Shown here: positions 43,752 through 55,134 of the stretch, in pieces
Numbering within the stretch: position 1 is the stretch's first letter
Layout of the letters: each line of letters starts with the position of its first letter
From: Eledone cirrhosa
Taxonomy: Eukaryota
Reading direction: 5' to 3'
Assembly: GCA_964016885.1 (NCBI GenBank)
Contig: OZ024762.1
Span: 1,550,001-1,614,000 of the forward strand
Length of the DNA: 64,000 bases
Program-made: the position numbers and the translations under genes
Notes under the pieces: model-generated
Seen by the model: the letters and a program-made list of their open reading frames with translations, nothing else
The model's database searches: none
Told to the model about the DNA's origin: nothing

Positions 43752-43967
43752 CGTTTGGGCATAGGTGTATATAAATCCCTTCGTTTTCTTCGTTAACTAG
43801 ATAAGTAGCCGTCGAAACGGCTTGAGCTCAGCCATCGGGGTCTTACTTACTCCTATTACCCACTCTACTACCCTAAGTATTGAGTACTTTGGTGCGTTAT
43901 GGTCCACCTGGTTCCTTACCACTTTTCATTCGCTATATATATATATATATACGCATGTAGTTTTACA

Positions 43968-44027
<60 letters not shown>

Positions 44028-44118
44028 TATTCGGTTTACAATGGTAAGGTTGGGGAGGGTTGATGCCTGGACCGGTGCTGTGTTGTGTTCTTGAGCAAGA
44101 CACTTTATTTCACGTTTC

Positions 44119-44314
44119 CAGACGTGTCAACCTCTAAAAACCCAAACAGGGAGTACCAAGGGCCCCGAAACGGGAAGAAATGAGGCAAAATGGAGAGATT
44201 TTACAAAAATGAAAGCTATACCCATTTTCACAAGAGAAGACATCTCTCACCTCTCACCCACCCCAAAGTGGGTGAGAGGTCTCCCCGTCGGACGGGGAAG
44301 AGTTGACAGGTCTG
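44119..44314. mobile_element. ~195-bp MITE
   Basis: TIRs CAGACGTGTCAAC / GTTGACAGGTCTG. Confidence 0.6.
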
Positions 44315-44788
44315 ACATACTGTGACTATATTTAGATTGTACAACATGAGATACCTTGTTTTGATTCAAAATGGTAGGTAAAGAACAGTTTAAAGATTTC
44401 ACGTGGCCTTGCAATCATAACATCGTGGGTTCAACTCCAGGACATGCCCAGTGCTAGATTTAGCACAAATGAACCCCTTTGCTAGTTAAGTTATGAGACC
44501 CCGTACTTGGGCCCTGAAGGAAGTAGGCCCAGTAGGCCTACACAGGAAGATGAGGCCCCTGACTCATGGGACCCTGTCCTTAAACACACCTAAACACAAT
44601 TGTTCAACTCCAGGAGATGGCTGTGTGTTGTGTTCTTGAAGAGAGGTTCCTTCTACTAAGATTTTTGACTGGCAGACGACAATGGGCAATGATAGGTCAG
44701 GTGACCGGAACTGATTTTGGCTTAATTTCTACAACTGGATGCCCTTCCTAACACCAACCTCATTTACTGTGTGTACTCTATGTATACG

Positions 44789-45455
44789 TACTCTATATAT
44801 ACTATTGTATTTTTACAGTAAAGGCTTTACCTCACATAATACCTCACATAACATTTACATTACTCTATATATACTATTGTATTTTTACAGTAAAGGCTTT
44901 ACCTCACATAATATCTCACATAACATTTACATTACTCTATATATACTATTGTATTTTTACAGTAAAGGCTTTACCTCACATAATATCTCACATAACATTA
45001 CTCTATATATACTATTGTATTTTTACAGTAAAGGCTTTACCTCACATAATATCTCACATAACATTTACATTACTCTATATATACTATTGTATTTTCACAG
45101 TAAAGGCTTTACCTCACATAATATCTCACATAACATTTACATTACTCTATATATACTATTGTATTTTCACAGTAAAGGCTTTACCTCACATAATATCTCA
45201 CATAACATTTACATTACTCTATATATACTATTGTATTTTTACAGTAAAGGCTTTACCTCACATAATATCTCACATAACATTTACATTACTCTATATATAC
45301 TATTGTATTTTCACAGTAAAGGCTTTACCTCACATAATATCTCACATAATATTTACATTACTCTATATATATACTATTGTATTTTCACAGTAAAGGCTTT
45401 ACCTCACATAATATTGAATCTGAGATTTTGATATCATTTATTTTGAAAACAATAT
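44789..45455 (+). repeat. Third 72-bp array (~9 units) with MITE flank
   Basis: Same unit as at 24 kb and 29.6 kb, followed by GAATCTGAGATTTTGATATCATTTATTTTGAAAACAATA, similar to the MITE body. Confidence 0.92.
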
Positions 45456-45909
45456 ATATATATACGTATAAATTTGGTCATTCTGCAATGTTAATCATGA
45501 CGTAATATGAAAAAAGCACTCAACGTTATGCAACTCATCCATATTTGATGTTGAATCATGTTGGTGGTGTGGGAACGGAGTAAATGTATTATAAAGTGAA
45601 ATGGCAGGAGGCCAAATATGTTGAATTTCCTTAATTATTTATTACTGTAAACACTATACACATTTCAGTGGGCAGGTTGCATAATAACCCGGTGACCTCA
45701 TCAGGTGTAAATTGTGTAATAGATGTATACCAATGGAATGATAGTAAGCTTTAAGGAAACAAATATACAATCCAATCAAGAAGGAGAGATAAGACATTAG
45801 TTTGTTAGAACTATAAGCCAGTAGTGAAGAGGACAGTGTACTCAATACGTATAGAGTGTAAACAAATAAATATTTTAAAAGAATTTTGCTTCTTTTTTCT
45901 CCTACTATA

Positions 45910-45963
<54 letters not shown>

Positions 45964-46034
45964 GTTATTCCGGGTTGAATCAGTAAGTAAGGTACTCCAT
46001 ACATAGCAGAGTATAAAAGTTTTAATATAGATGA

Positions 46035-46083
46035 GATTCTACAGGACTAGAACTGTTTCATTCTTTAGAACTCATCAGGAATC
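46035..46083 (-). ncRNA. Minimal type I hammerhead ribozyme, family A, apparently intact
   Basis: GAUUC CUGAUGA GUUC-UAAA-GAAU GAAA CAG-UUCUAGUC-CUGUA^GAAUC: all core nucleotides and three stems present. Confidence 0.75.
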
Positions 46084-46092
46084 ATATATATA

Positions 46093-46144
<52 letters not shown>

Positions 46145-46151
46145 AACACAC

Positions 46152-46194
<43 letters not shown>

Positions 46195-46201
46195 AACACA
46201 C

Positions 46202-46264
<63 letters not shown>

Positions 46265-46271
46265 AACACAC

Positions 46272-46329
<58 letters not shown>

Positions 46330-46350
46330 ACAAACACACATATATACATA

Positions 46351-46397
<47 letters not shown>

Positions 46398-47148
46398 GTA
46401 CATACATATATATATCACCTGTGTGTACATAACTGCTTGTACACATATATGTGTGTGTACATGTATATCTATACACACACACAGGTGTACGTGTGTATCA
46501 GGTACCCACATAAACAATGTCTTCTACACACAACACGGGAGGAGATGCCAATCCCTGATAGTGACGACTTCCAGGAACTATTTTGGTGGGGGGGGGGACA
46601 TTCTTCAGGTGTTGAATTGTTGATGTTGTTGTTGTTATCGTCCTGTGGTACATGGCGGTTTTTTGTAGTAGTGGTGGTAGTAATAGTAGTAATAGCGGTG
46701 GTGGTGGTGGTGGTGGTGGTGGTGGTAGTGGTGGTAGTAGTAGTAGTAATAGCGGTGGTGGTGGTGGTGGTGGTGGTGGTGGTAGTAGCGGTAGTGGTGG
46801 TAGTAGTAGTAGTAGCGGTGGTGGTGGTGGTAGTAGTAGTGGTGGTGGTGGTGGTAGTAGTAGTGGTGGTGGTGGTAGTAGTAGTAGTGGTGGTGGTGGT
46901 AGTAGTAGTGGTGGTGGTGGTAGTAGTAGTAGTGGTGGTGGTGGTAGTAGTAGTGGTGGTGGTAGTAGTAGTGGTGGTGGTGGTAGTAGTAGTAGTTGTA
47001 GAAGTAGTGGTGGTGGTGGTAGTAGAAGTGGTGATGGTGGTGGTAGTGGTGGTAGTAGTAGTAGTAGAAGTAGTAGTAGAAGTGGTGGTGGTGGCGGTAG
47101 TAGTAGAAGTAGTGGTGGCGGTAGTAGTAGTAGTAGTAGTAGTGGTAA

Positions 47149-47207
<59 letters not shown>

Positions 47208-47376
47208 ATAGTAGTAGTAGTAGTAGCAGTAGTAGTAGTAGTTTTTTAACCAATTCTTGATGAAGTGGGATTCCAAGTAGACTAACAGGAAGAGAAGACT
47301 TTGTATGTAGAAGATACTCAGAGGTAACCAAATTGATGAACTAGAAGTGGTTGATAGCTTCTACTACCTAGGCGAC

Positions 47377-47591
47377 TTAACTCTTTAACATTTACATTAC
47401 TCTATTACTCTATATATACTATTGTATTTTCACTGTAAAGGCTTTACCTCACATAATTATCGAATCTATGAGATTGTGAGGTTATTTATTTTGAGAACAA
47501 TACCTTAACATCAGTATGAGTGGCCAGTCAGAGCCAGTTTGAACAGAAAGAGGTGAGAGAATTCTGGCCGGTTTAAATACTAAAGGGTTAA
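47377..47591. mobile_element. piggyBac-like MITE with TTAA target-site duplication (related copy 53587-53783)
   Basis: TTAA-CTCTTTAACATTT...AAATACTAAAGGG-TTAA. Removing it and one TTAA restores the LINE frame GGC GAC TTA ATT AGC (G-D-L-I-S). Confidence 0.85.
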
Positions 47592-47734
47592 TTAGCAGTG
47601 GAGGAGGGTGCTCTGATGAGAGTATAATAGGTAGAATAAAGATGTAAGAAGTTTAGAGAGCTGCTCCCTCTGTTGACAACAAAAGGTGTCTCTCTATGTA
47701 CAAAAGGATGGCTGTATGACAACTGTGTGAAGTG

Positions 47735-48300
47735 TGGTGCTACATGGTGGTGAAACATGGACAGTGACTGCAGAGGATATGTGGTGTTACATAGTAGTGA
47801 AACATGGGCTGTGACTGCAGAGGACATGTAGTGCTACATGGTAGTGAAACATAGGTTGTGACTGCAGGGGACATGTGGTGCTACATGGTAGTGAAACATG
47901 GGCTGTGACTGCAGGGGACATGTGGTGCTACATGGTAGTGAAACATGGGCTGTGACTGCAGGGGGCATGTGGTGCTACATGGTAGTGAAACATGGGCTGT
48001 GACTGCAGGGGACATGTAGTGCTACATGGTAGTGAAGCATAGGTTGTGACTGCAGGGGACATGTGGTGCTACATGGTAGTGAAACATGGGCTGTGACTGC
48101 AGGGGACATGTAGTGCTACATGGTAGTGAAACATAGGTTGTGACTGCAGGGGACATGTGGTGCTACATGGTAGTGAAACATGGGCTGTGACTGCAGAGGA
48201 CATGTGGTGCTACATGGTGGTGAAACATGGGCTGTGACTGCAGGGGACATGCGGTGCTACATGGTAGTGAAACATGGGCTGTGACTGCAGGGGACATGTG
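47735..48300 (+). repeat. 47-bp minisatellite (~12 units) derived from LINE coding sequence
   Basis: Unit GTGACTGCAGGGGACATGTGGTGCTACATGGTAGTGAAACATGGGCT. Confidence 0.92.
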
Positions 48301-50082
48301 TTGACTAGAGTGAAATGAAGCAGCCATGCTCTGTTGGATGTGCAATGTAAGTGTGAGGGAGAGGCAGAACTCGGACGAGAAGCTGGGTTTAAGAGGAATC
48401 TGAGGTGGTGTGCAGGAGAGAAGACTGTGTTGGTACGGACATGTGATGTGCTTGGATGATGACTGATGGGTGAAGATGTGCCAGGAAATGATAGATAGAT
48501 CTCAAATCTCTGAGACTCACAGAGATGACAAAGAAACATGGTGAGTGAAGAGATGCTGTGTTGAGATGGATCTGTCCAACCCATGAAAGCGTAGAAAAGC
48601 TGACATAAAAACGATGATAATGATGATGGTATATATATATATACTATAAAAACAATGATGATGATATATTTCTTCTTTGTCTTGTGATCTTTTTTTCTGT
48701 ATTCTGTCCCCCTTTTTTTTATCACCATCATCATCACCACCACCATCATTATCATCATCACCACCACCACCACCATCATCACCACCACCATCATCATCAT
48801 CACCACCACCACCACCACCACCACCACCACCACCACCGTCATCACCATCATCACCATGTTTTACTATCTGCCAAAAATCTAGTAATTTTTACTGAAACCA
48901 CACCCTAAATGAGACAGAGGTAGCCATCTTGTTTAAAACTGAACACAAACACATACAGACACATACACACAAACACACACAGACACATACACACAAACAC
49001 ACACAGACACATACACACAAACACACACAGACACATACACACAAACACACACAGACACATACACACAAACACACACAGACACATACACACAAACACACAC
49101 AGACACAAACACACAGACACATACACACAAACACACACAGACACATACACACAAACACACACAAACACACACAGACACATACACACAAACACACACAGAC
49201 ACATACACACAAACACACACAGACACATACACACAAACACATACAGACACATACACACAAACACACACAGACACATACACACAAACACACACAGACACAA
49301 ACACACAGACACATACACACAAACACACACAGACACATACACACAAACACACACAAACACACACAGACACATACACACAAACACATACAGACACATATAC
49401 ACAAACACATACAGACACATATACACACACTCCTCCTACACATATATATATAACACACACACATTCCATTCACACACACACCACCACCACACTATATCTC
49501 CTATCTATGGACCCACCCATAACACTGGTATCCCAATCTCAATGATAACTACCTTCCTTTCAACAGCTAGTTAGTTCTGTAAAGTTGTTGTTGTTGTGGT
49601 GGTGGTGGTGGTGGTGGTGGTGGTGGTAATTGTGGTGGTGGTGGTGGTGGTGATTGTGGTGGTGGTGGTGGTGGTGGTGGTGGTGGTGGTTGTTATGGTG
49701 GTGGTGGTGGTGGTGATTGTGGTGGTGGTGGTTGTTGTTGTTGTGGTGGTGGTGGTGGTGGTGGTGGTGGTGGTGGTTGTGGTGGTGGTGGTGGTGGTGG
49801 TGATTGTGGTGGTGGTGGTGGTGGTGGTGGTTGTGGTGGTGGTGGTGGTGGTGGTGGTGGTGATTGTTGTTGTTGTTGTTGTGGTGTTGTTGTTGTGTTG
49901 GTAGTGTTGTGGTGTTGTTGTTGTGTTGGTAGTGTTGTGGTGGTGGTGGTGGTGATGTTCTTCAATAGTTTCTATTATTTTAACCATGTTATTGTTTCTC
50001 TTTGTTCCCTGTGGTCAGTTTCTAGTGTAAGGTCACTGTCCACCATCCATCTCTAGTGTAAGGTCACTGTCCACCATCCAAG

Positions 50083-52104
50083 ATGTCTACCAAGAAGAGC
50101 AGAAAGGGAAAACGCAACAGGACCCAGCGCTACACATCCAATGTGTTTGCTATGTTTAACCAGGCGCAGATACAGGAGTTCAAGGTCAGTAAATATTAAC
50201 TCAAGGTCAAGGTCATCAACATCTCACTCTATTTGTTGGTTTGAGTGTCACTCATTGTCGTTGATATCTCACTCAATTGGTTTGTTGGTTTAAGTGTCAC
50301 TCATTGCGGGATTTGAACTCAGACTGGCAAGGGCCGTAACTCTATGGAGAAAGCCCACAAAAAACCATCGTCACCTTGAGCACTACTGCAAACACCCTCT
50401 CTCAGTTTTCCTCCTATGATACTACAGGTATACCCTCAGGGTAGGCCCATTCACATGGGCCATTCTTGCCTCTCTCACCCACCTTTCAACAAACTGGCAG
50501 GAAGGTAGCACTTCCCTCTCTCCACCCTCATTTTCCTTTTCAGGCGAAACCTGACAAAGTTAACGAGGGCGTCACCGATGAGGAAAATGCCCATCTTCAA
50601 CCCTTTCAGACATGTCCACCATACAACCTTTTTTGCAATAATAATGGTTTCTGATTTAGGCACAAGGCCAGCAATTTGGGGGGTAAGGGGAAAGTCGATT
50701 AAATCGACCCCAGTACATTACTGGTACTTTATTTTATCGACCCCCGTAAGGATGAAAGGCATAGTTAACCTTGGCGGGATTTGAACCGAGAACGTAAAGA
50801 GCCGTAACTCAATGCTGCAAAGCATGGCGTCCGACCCTCTACCGATACTGACAATCCATCGCGCTTTTGCAATAATAATATTAATTTCCATTGCAGGAAG
50901 CATTCAACATAATAGATCAGAACCGAGATGGCTACGTTGACAAAGATGACTTGCTGGACATCCAGACATCTCTCGGTAAGAACCCAACAGAAGATGAAGC
51001 TGATATGATGATTAATATGGCCCCTGGTCCCATCAACTTTACAATGTTCCTAACATTGTTTGGTGAAAAACTTAATGGCACTGACCCCGAAGACGTCATC
51101 AAGAACGCGTTCGCCTGTTTTGACTTTGAAAACTCAGGTAAGCAGCAGCAGCAGCAGTAGTAGTAGCAGCAGTCTTTGAGTTTTTGGTTGTTTTTTTAAT
51201 TTTATTTATTTCTTCATTCTTCTTCTTTTTCTCCTCCTCTTTTTTCATCATTATCACCATCATCATCATTAACTGATAAAGTACCAGTCTATGACAAGAA
51301 CAAACTCATCTCCATGGCAACTATTCAGATTTTATCTTGTTTCCGTGGCAACTCACCAGATACTGTCCCATCTCCTTGGCAACTCTTCAACTACTGACTG
51401 TCTCGTCTCCATGGCAACTTTCCAGATACTGTCTCATCCCCATAGCAATCGTTCAGATACTATCTTGTTACTAGAGTAACTCATTTCCATGACAACCCTT
51501 CAGACACTGTCTTGTTCCCATAGTAACTCATCTCCACAACCCTTCAGACACTGTCTTGTTACCATAGTAACTCATCTCCACAACAACTGTTCAGATACAG
51601 TCTTGTTGCCATAGTAACTTGTCTACATAGAAATATTCCAGATACGGCAATATAGCAATCCTTCAGATACTATCTTGTTACCATAGTAACTCATCTCCAT
51701 GACAACCCTTCATCTTCAAATACAATCAATCTTGTTACCACAGTAACTCGTCTCCACGACAATGGCAACATATTTCAGACCCCGCCCCGTTTCTCTTCTC
51801 TCTGTCTTGTTACCATAGTAATTCGTCTCCACAGCAACGGCAACATATTTCAGATCCCCGTTTCTCTTCTCTCTCTGTCCCCGTTCCAGGTCACATCAAC
51901 GAGGACTATTTACGGGAGTGTCTGGTGACGATGGGAGACCGGTGGTCGGAGGAGATGGTTGATGAACTATTCCACGGAGCCCCAATTAAAGGGGGTAAGT
52001 TTGACTACCTGGAGTTTACCAGAACTCTGAAACATGGCGCCAATGAGAAGGAGGAAGAAATACCTACATTACAGCCGACACCAATCAATCAATCAGAAAC
52101 CTGA
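50083..52104 (+). CDS. Myosin regulatory light chain, non-muscle/smooth type (sqh/MYL9/MYL12-like), 185 aa; coding exons 50083-50184, 50897-51137, 51890-52104
   Basis: [34 protein letters not shown]|[19 protein letters not shown]...[33 protein letters not shown]...|...LVTMGDRW...[18 protein letters not shown] introns keep frame; AATAAA at 52140 and 52153. Confidence 0.95.
51300..51845. repeat. Degenerate tandem repeat built from RFX X-box-like 14-mers (myosin RLC intron)
   Basis: GTTGCCATAGTAAC (51605), GTTACCATAGTAAC (51677), GTCTCCATGGCAAC (51405), GTTTCCGTGGCAAC (51339) and others. Confidence 0.75.
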
Positions 52105-52427
52105 TCTATTGATTTCTTTATTCTTTTGTTTTTCTTATAAATAAATCAATGAAATAAACTTGTTCTTGTTGTTGTTTTTGCTGTTTTATTGTTATTATTA
52201 TTGTTTAAAATATTAGCCTGTATGTGTGTGTATATATGTATATATATATACATGTATGTGTATATATATATATGTGTATATATATATATAAACCCATGCT
52301 AGCGTGGAAGATGGACGTCAAACGATGATGATGATATATATATATGTATGTATATACGTATATGTATATATATATATGTATATATACATATATATATATA
52401 TGTATAGTATGTATATATATATATGTG

Positions 52428-52475
<48 letters not shown>

Positions 52476-52488
52476 TACATACATATAT

Positions 52489-52519
<31 letters not shown>

Positions 52520-52949
52520 CACACACATATATATATATACACGCACATATATATATACACACATACATACATATATATATATACCAAGAGGGGTGGAACT
52601 CATCAAATAAAACATTGGACCAAGGAAACAATGTTTCCATTAGTCTTACCAATTGTTGATACAATCTACCAGTTCCGAGATTTCAGTTCAAGATATCCAT
52701 TCCAATTTGAAGACTTTAACGAAGGTGCTACTGGCCAGATTGGTGTTAAAATGGTTAAACAAAAGTGGAAGAATTATAACAAAAATATGTATTTATTCAG
52801 TTTTACAAGATATTTTTTAAGTTAGTAGTTTCATCTTCTTCTGCGTTCTTCTTATCATTGGTATAAAGTTGTCACAGTGTTTTGATTTTTATAGAAATAT
52901 ATACATTAAAATAATTTTTTTTTAAATTTCAAATGTTAACGTCACAAAT

Positions 52950-53450
52950 CTCAGTGACAGGGCCTTGCTATGTTCAAAACACCTGGTAGGTGTCAGTGAC
53001 AGGGCCTTGCTGTGGTCACAACACCTGGTCAGTGTCAGTGACAGAGCCTTGCTGTGGTCACAACACCTAGTCAGTGTCAGTGACAGAGCCTTGCTGTGGT
53101 CACAACACCTGGTCAATGTCAGTGACAGGGCCTTGCTGTGGTCACAACACCTAGTCAGTGTCAGTGACAGAGCCTTGCTGTGGTCACAACACCTGGTCAA
53201 TGTCAGTGACAGGGCCTTGCTGTGGTCACAACACCTGGTCAGTGTCAGTGACAGAGCCTTGCTGTGGTCACAACACCTAGTCAGTGTCAGTGACAGAGCC
53301 TTGCTGTGGTCACAACACCTGGTCAATGTCAGTGACAGGGCCTTGCTGTGGTCACAACACCTGGTCAGTGACAGTGACAGGGCCTTGCTGTGGTCACAAC
53401 ACCTGGTCAATGCCAGTGACAGGGCCTTGCTGTGGTCACAACACCTGGTC
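52950..53450. repeat. 42-bp minisatellite (~12 units)
   Basis: Unit TCAGTGACAGGGCCTTGCTGTGGTCACAACACCTGGTCAGTG. Confidence 0.95.
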
Positions 53451-54214
53451 AATTCCACAATATATATCAAATGAAATACCTATATATACCCAACTATAAG
53501 AGTGATCACCAATTACCAGTTCACACACAAATAAATAAATTTAGCTTCAGACATAATCCCATTTGGTTCAATCCAATTATTGAGGTTTAACCCTTAGTAT
53601 TTAAACTGGGCCATATCCGGCCAGAATTCTCTCACCACTTTCTGTTGAGACTGGCCATATCTGGCCACTTATACTGATGTTAAGGTACTGTTCTCAAAAT
53701 AAATAATATCAAAATCTCATAGATTTAATATTATGTGAAAATATAATAATATATATAGAGTAATGAAAATACTAAAGGGTTAGAAAACTTTGCTGATGTT
53801 TATATTGTGTTCAAATGAAACATGTTTAGATGACGATTCAAGGTAAGGGGAGCTGCAGAAACCTGAGATTGAAGGGCAGGAATGTAATCTGGGGTCTTTG
53901 AGAATCGCTGGCTTACATAAAGACTGATCAAGTAGACCTATGATCAAATCTTTTTCAATTCTGATCAGCCCACCTCTGCTTATGCTTTTTTTTCAAAAAT
54001 CATTTCTAGGACCATATTATTTCAAAATACCCATTCTTTTTTTATGATAATGGCTTAATTTGTGTGAGATTTAGGTGCTATCTACATCAGATCAAGTAAC
54101 CCTAAAGAACCCTCCTACCTCCACTCACTTCGATTTATCCACCTGCTGAATGTAGCAGTCAAATCACTTTAAAAAGATTTCCTGTTAGTCTTCCTGTCTT
54201 TGGATTTGTGACTC

Positions 54215-54700
54215 AAGTATTACAAGAAAGGTAGGCGTAAAAGTCAAACTTACTGTCTTCAATTCAGTCTTTGTGCCAACCCTTACCTATGGTCATGAAT
54301 CTAGGGTAATGACCGAATACAATCGTGAAGACAAGCAGCGGAAATGGGGTTCCTCCGAAGGGTCTTTGGAGAAATGTTACTCAATAGAGTGTGTAGCTCA
54401 GAGATCAGAGAGTCACTCCAGGTAGAGCTGCTACTTCTATGAATTGAGAGATCACAGCTCTGATACTACAGACATGTGGTTAGAATGTCTCAGGAGAGAT
54501 TCACTGGACAGATTTTATGGGCAAAACCAACCAGCAGGAGACCCAGCAGTAGATCCCTCTGCTAAACAAGATTGTTGGATAACATCCATGAACTTGGCTG
54601 GTTTCACTTGGGGATCCAGCTGGATCATTTGGAGATACTTGCTTCTGACAGGACCTGCTGGAGGGAGGGTTTGAGGACTCTGCCCCTCACGACCCTCTCA
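54215..54700 (+). mobile_element. Decayed RTE-like LINE 3' remnant (related copy ~61400-61660, -)
   Basis: PTLTYGHES-like motif, QAAEMGFLRR; the 61.5-kb copy gives RPRGKWLDNI. Stops and frameshifts present. Confidence 0.75.
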
Positions 54701-55134
54701 GGATTAAATGGGAGAAGAATTACTTGGAATGCGAAAATCTGAAGAGAGCAGGGCACCACAATAAAGACAAGTTAAGAAGGTTTGTGGTCCACAGTTTTTA
54801 AAGAGACCCAAATTATTATTATTTTGTTTTTGCGACCATAAATAATAAGCAAAGTCCCTGATGAAATTTTCCCAGCCAGGGGCCCGATGCAAGCTTTATC
54901 TGACTCTGAGCCCAATCCCAACCAAATTTACTTTGTTGATAATCAACTAACAATGTAGATATATGCTGTATATATCCATGGTGTGGTTTGTTAAACTGGA
55001 TCTGTGTGTTGTAACTTAGATCTGATTTCGAGAACTAAACACAGAGACACGGATGTGAGTTTAAACCAGCGTTCCTTACTCAAATACAATGAAACAAGAG
55101 ACAAAAATAAGTTTTTAAAAAAAGTGAATTATTG

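Larger units (their letters stand above)
47290..48600 (+). mobile_element. RTE-clade LINE remnant interrupted by a MITE and a 47-bp array
   Basis: Segments translate LEVVDSFYYLGD, KKFRELLPLLTTKG, LHGSETWAVT, AAMLCWMCNVSV and QERRLCWYGHVM. Confidence 0.85.

Noticed and set aside
46652-47260. Gly/Ser-rich ORF resembling a structural protein
   Set aside because: Pure (GGT)/(AGT) triplet repeat with no unique coding flanks.
52922-53474. ORFs with 14-aa repeats (TRCCDHSKALSLTL) open on both strands
   Set aside because: A consequence of a stop-free 42-bp unit; no signal peptide, splice context or codon-position bias is evident.
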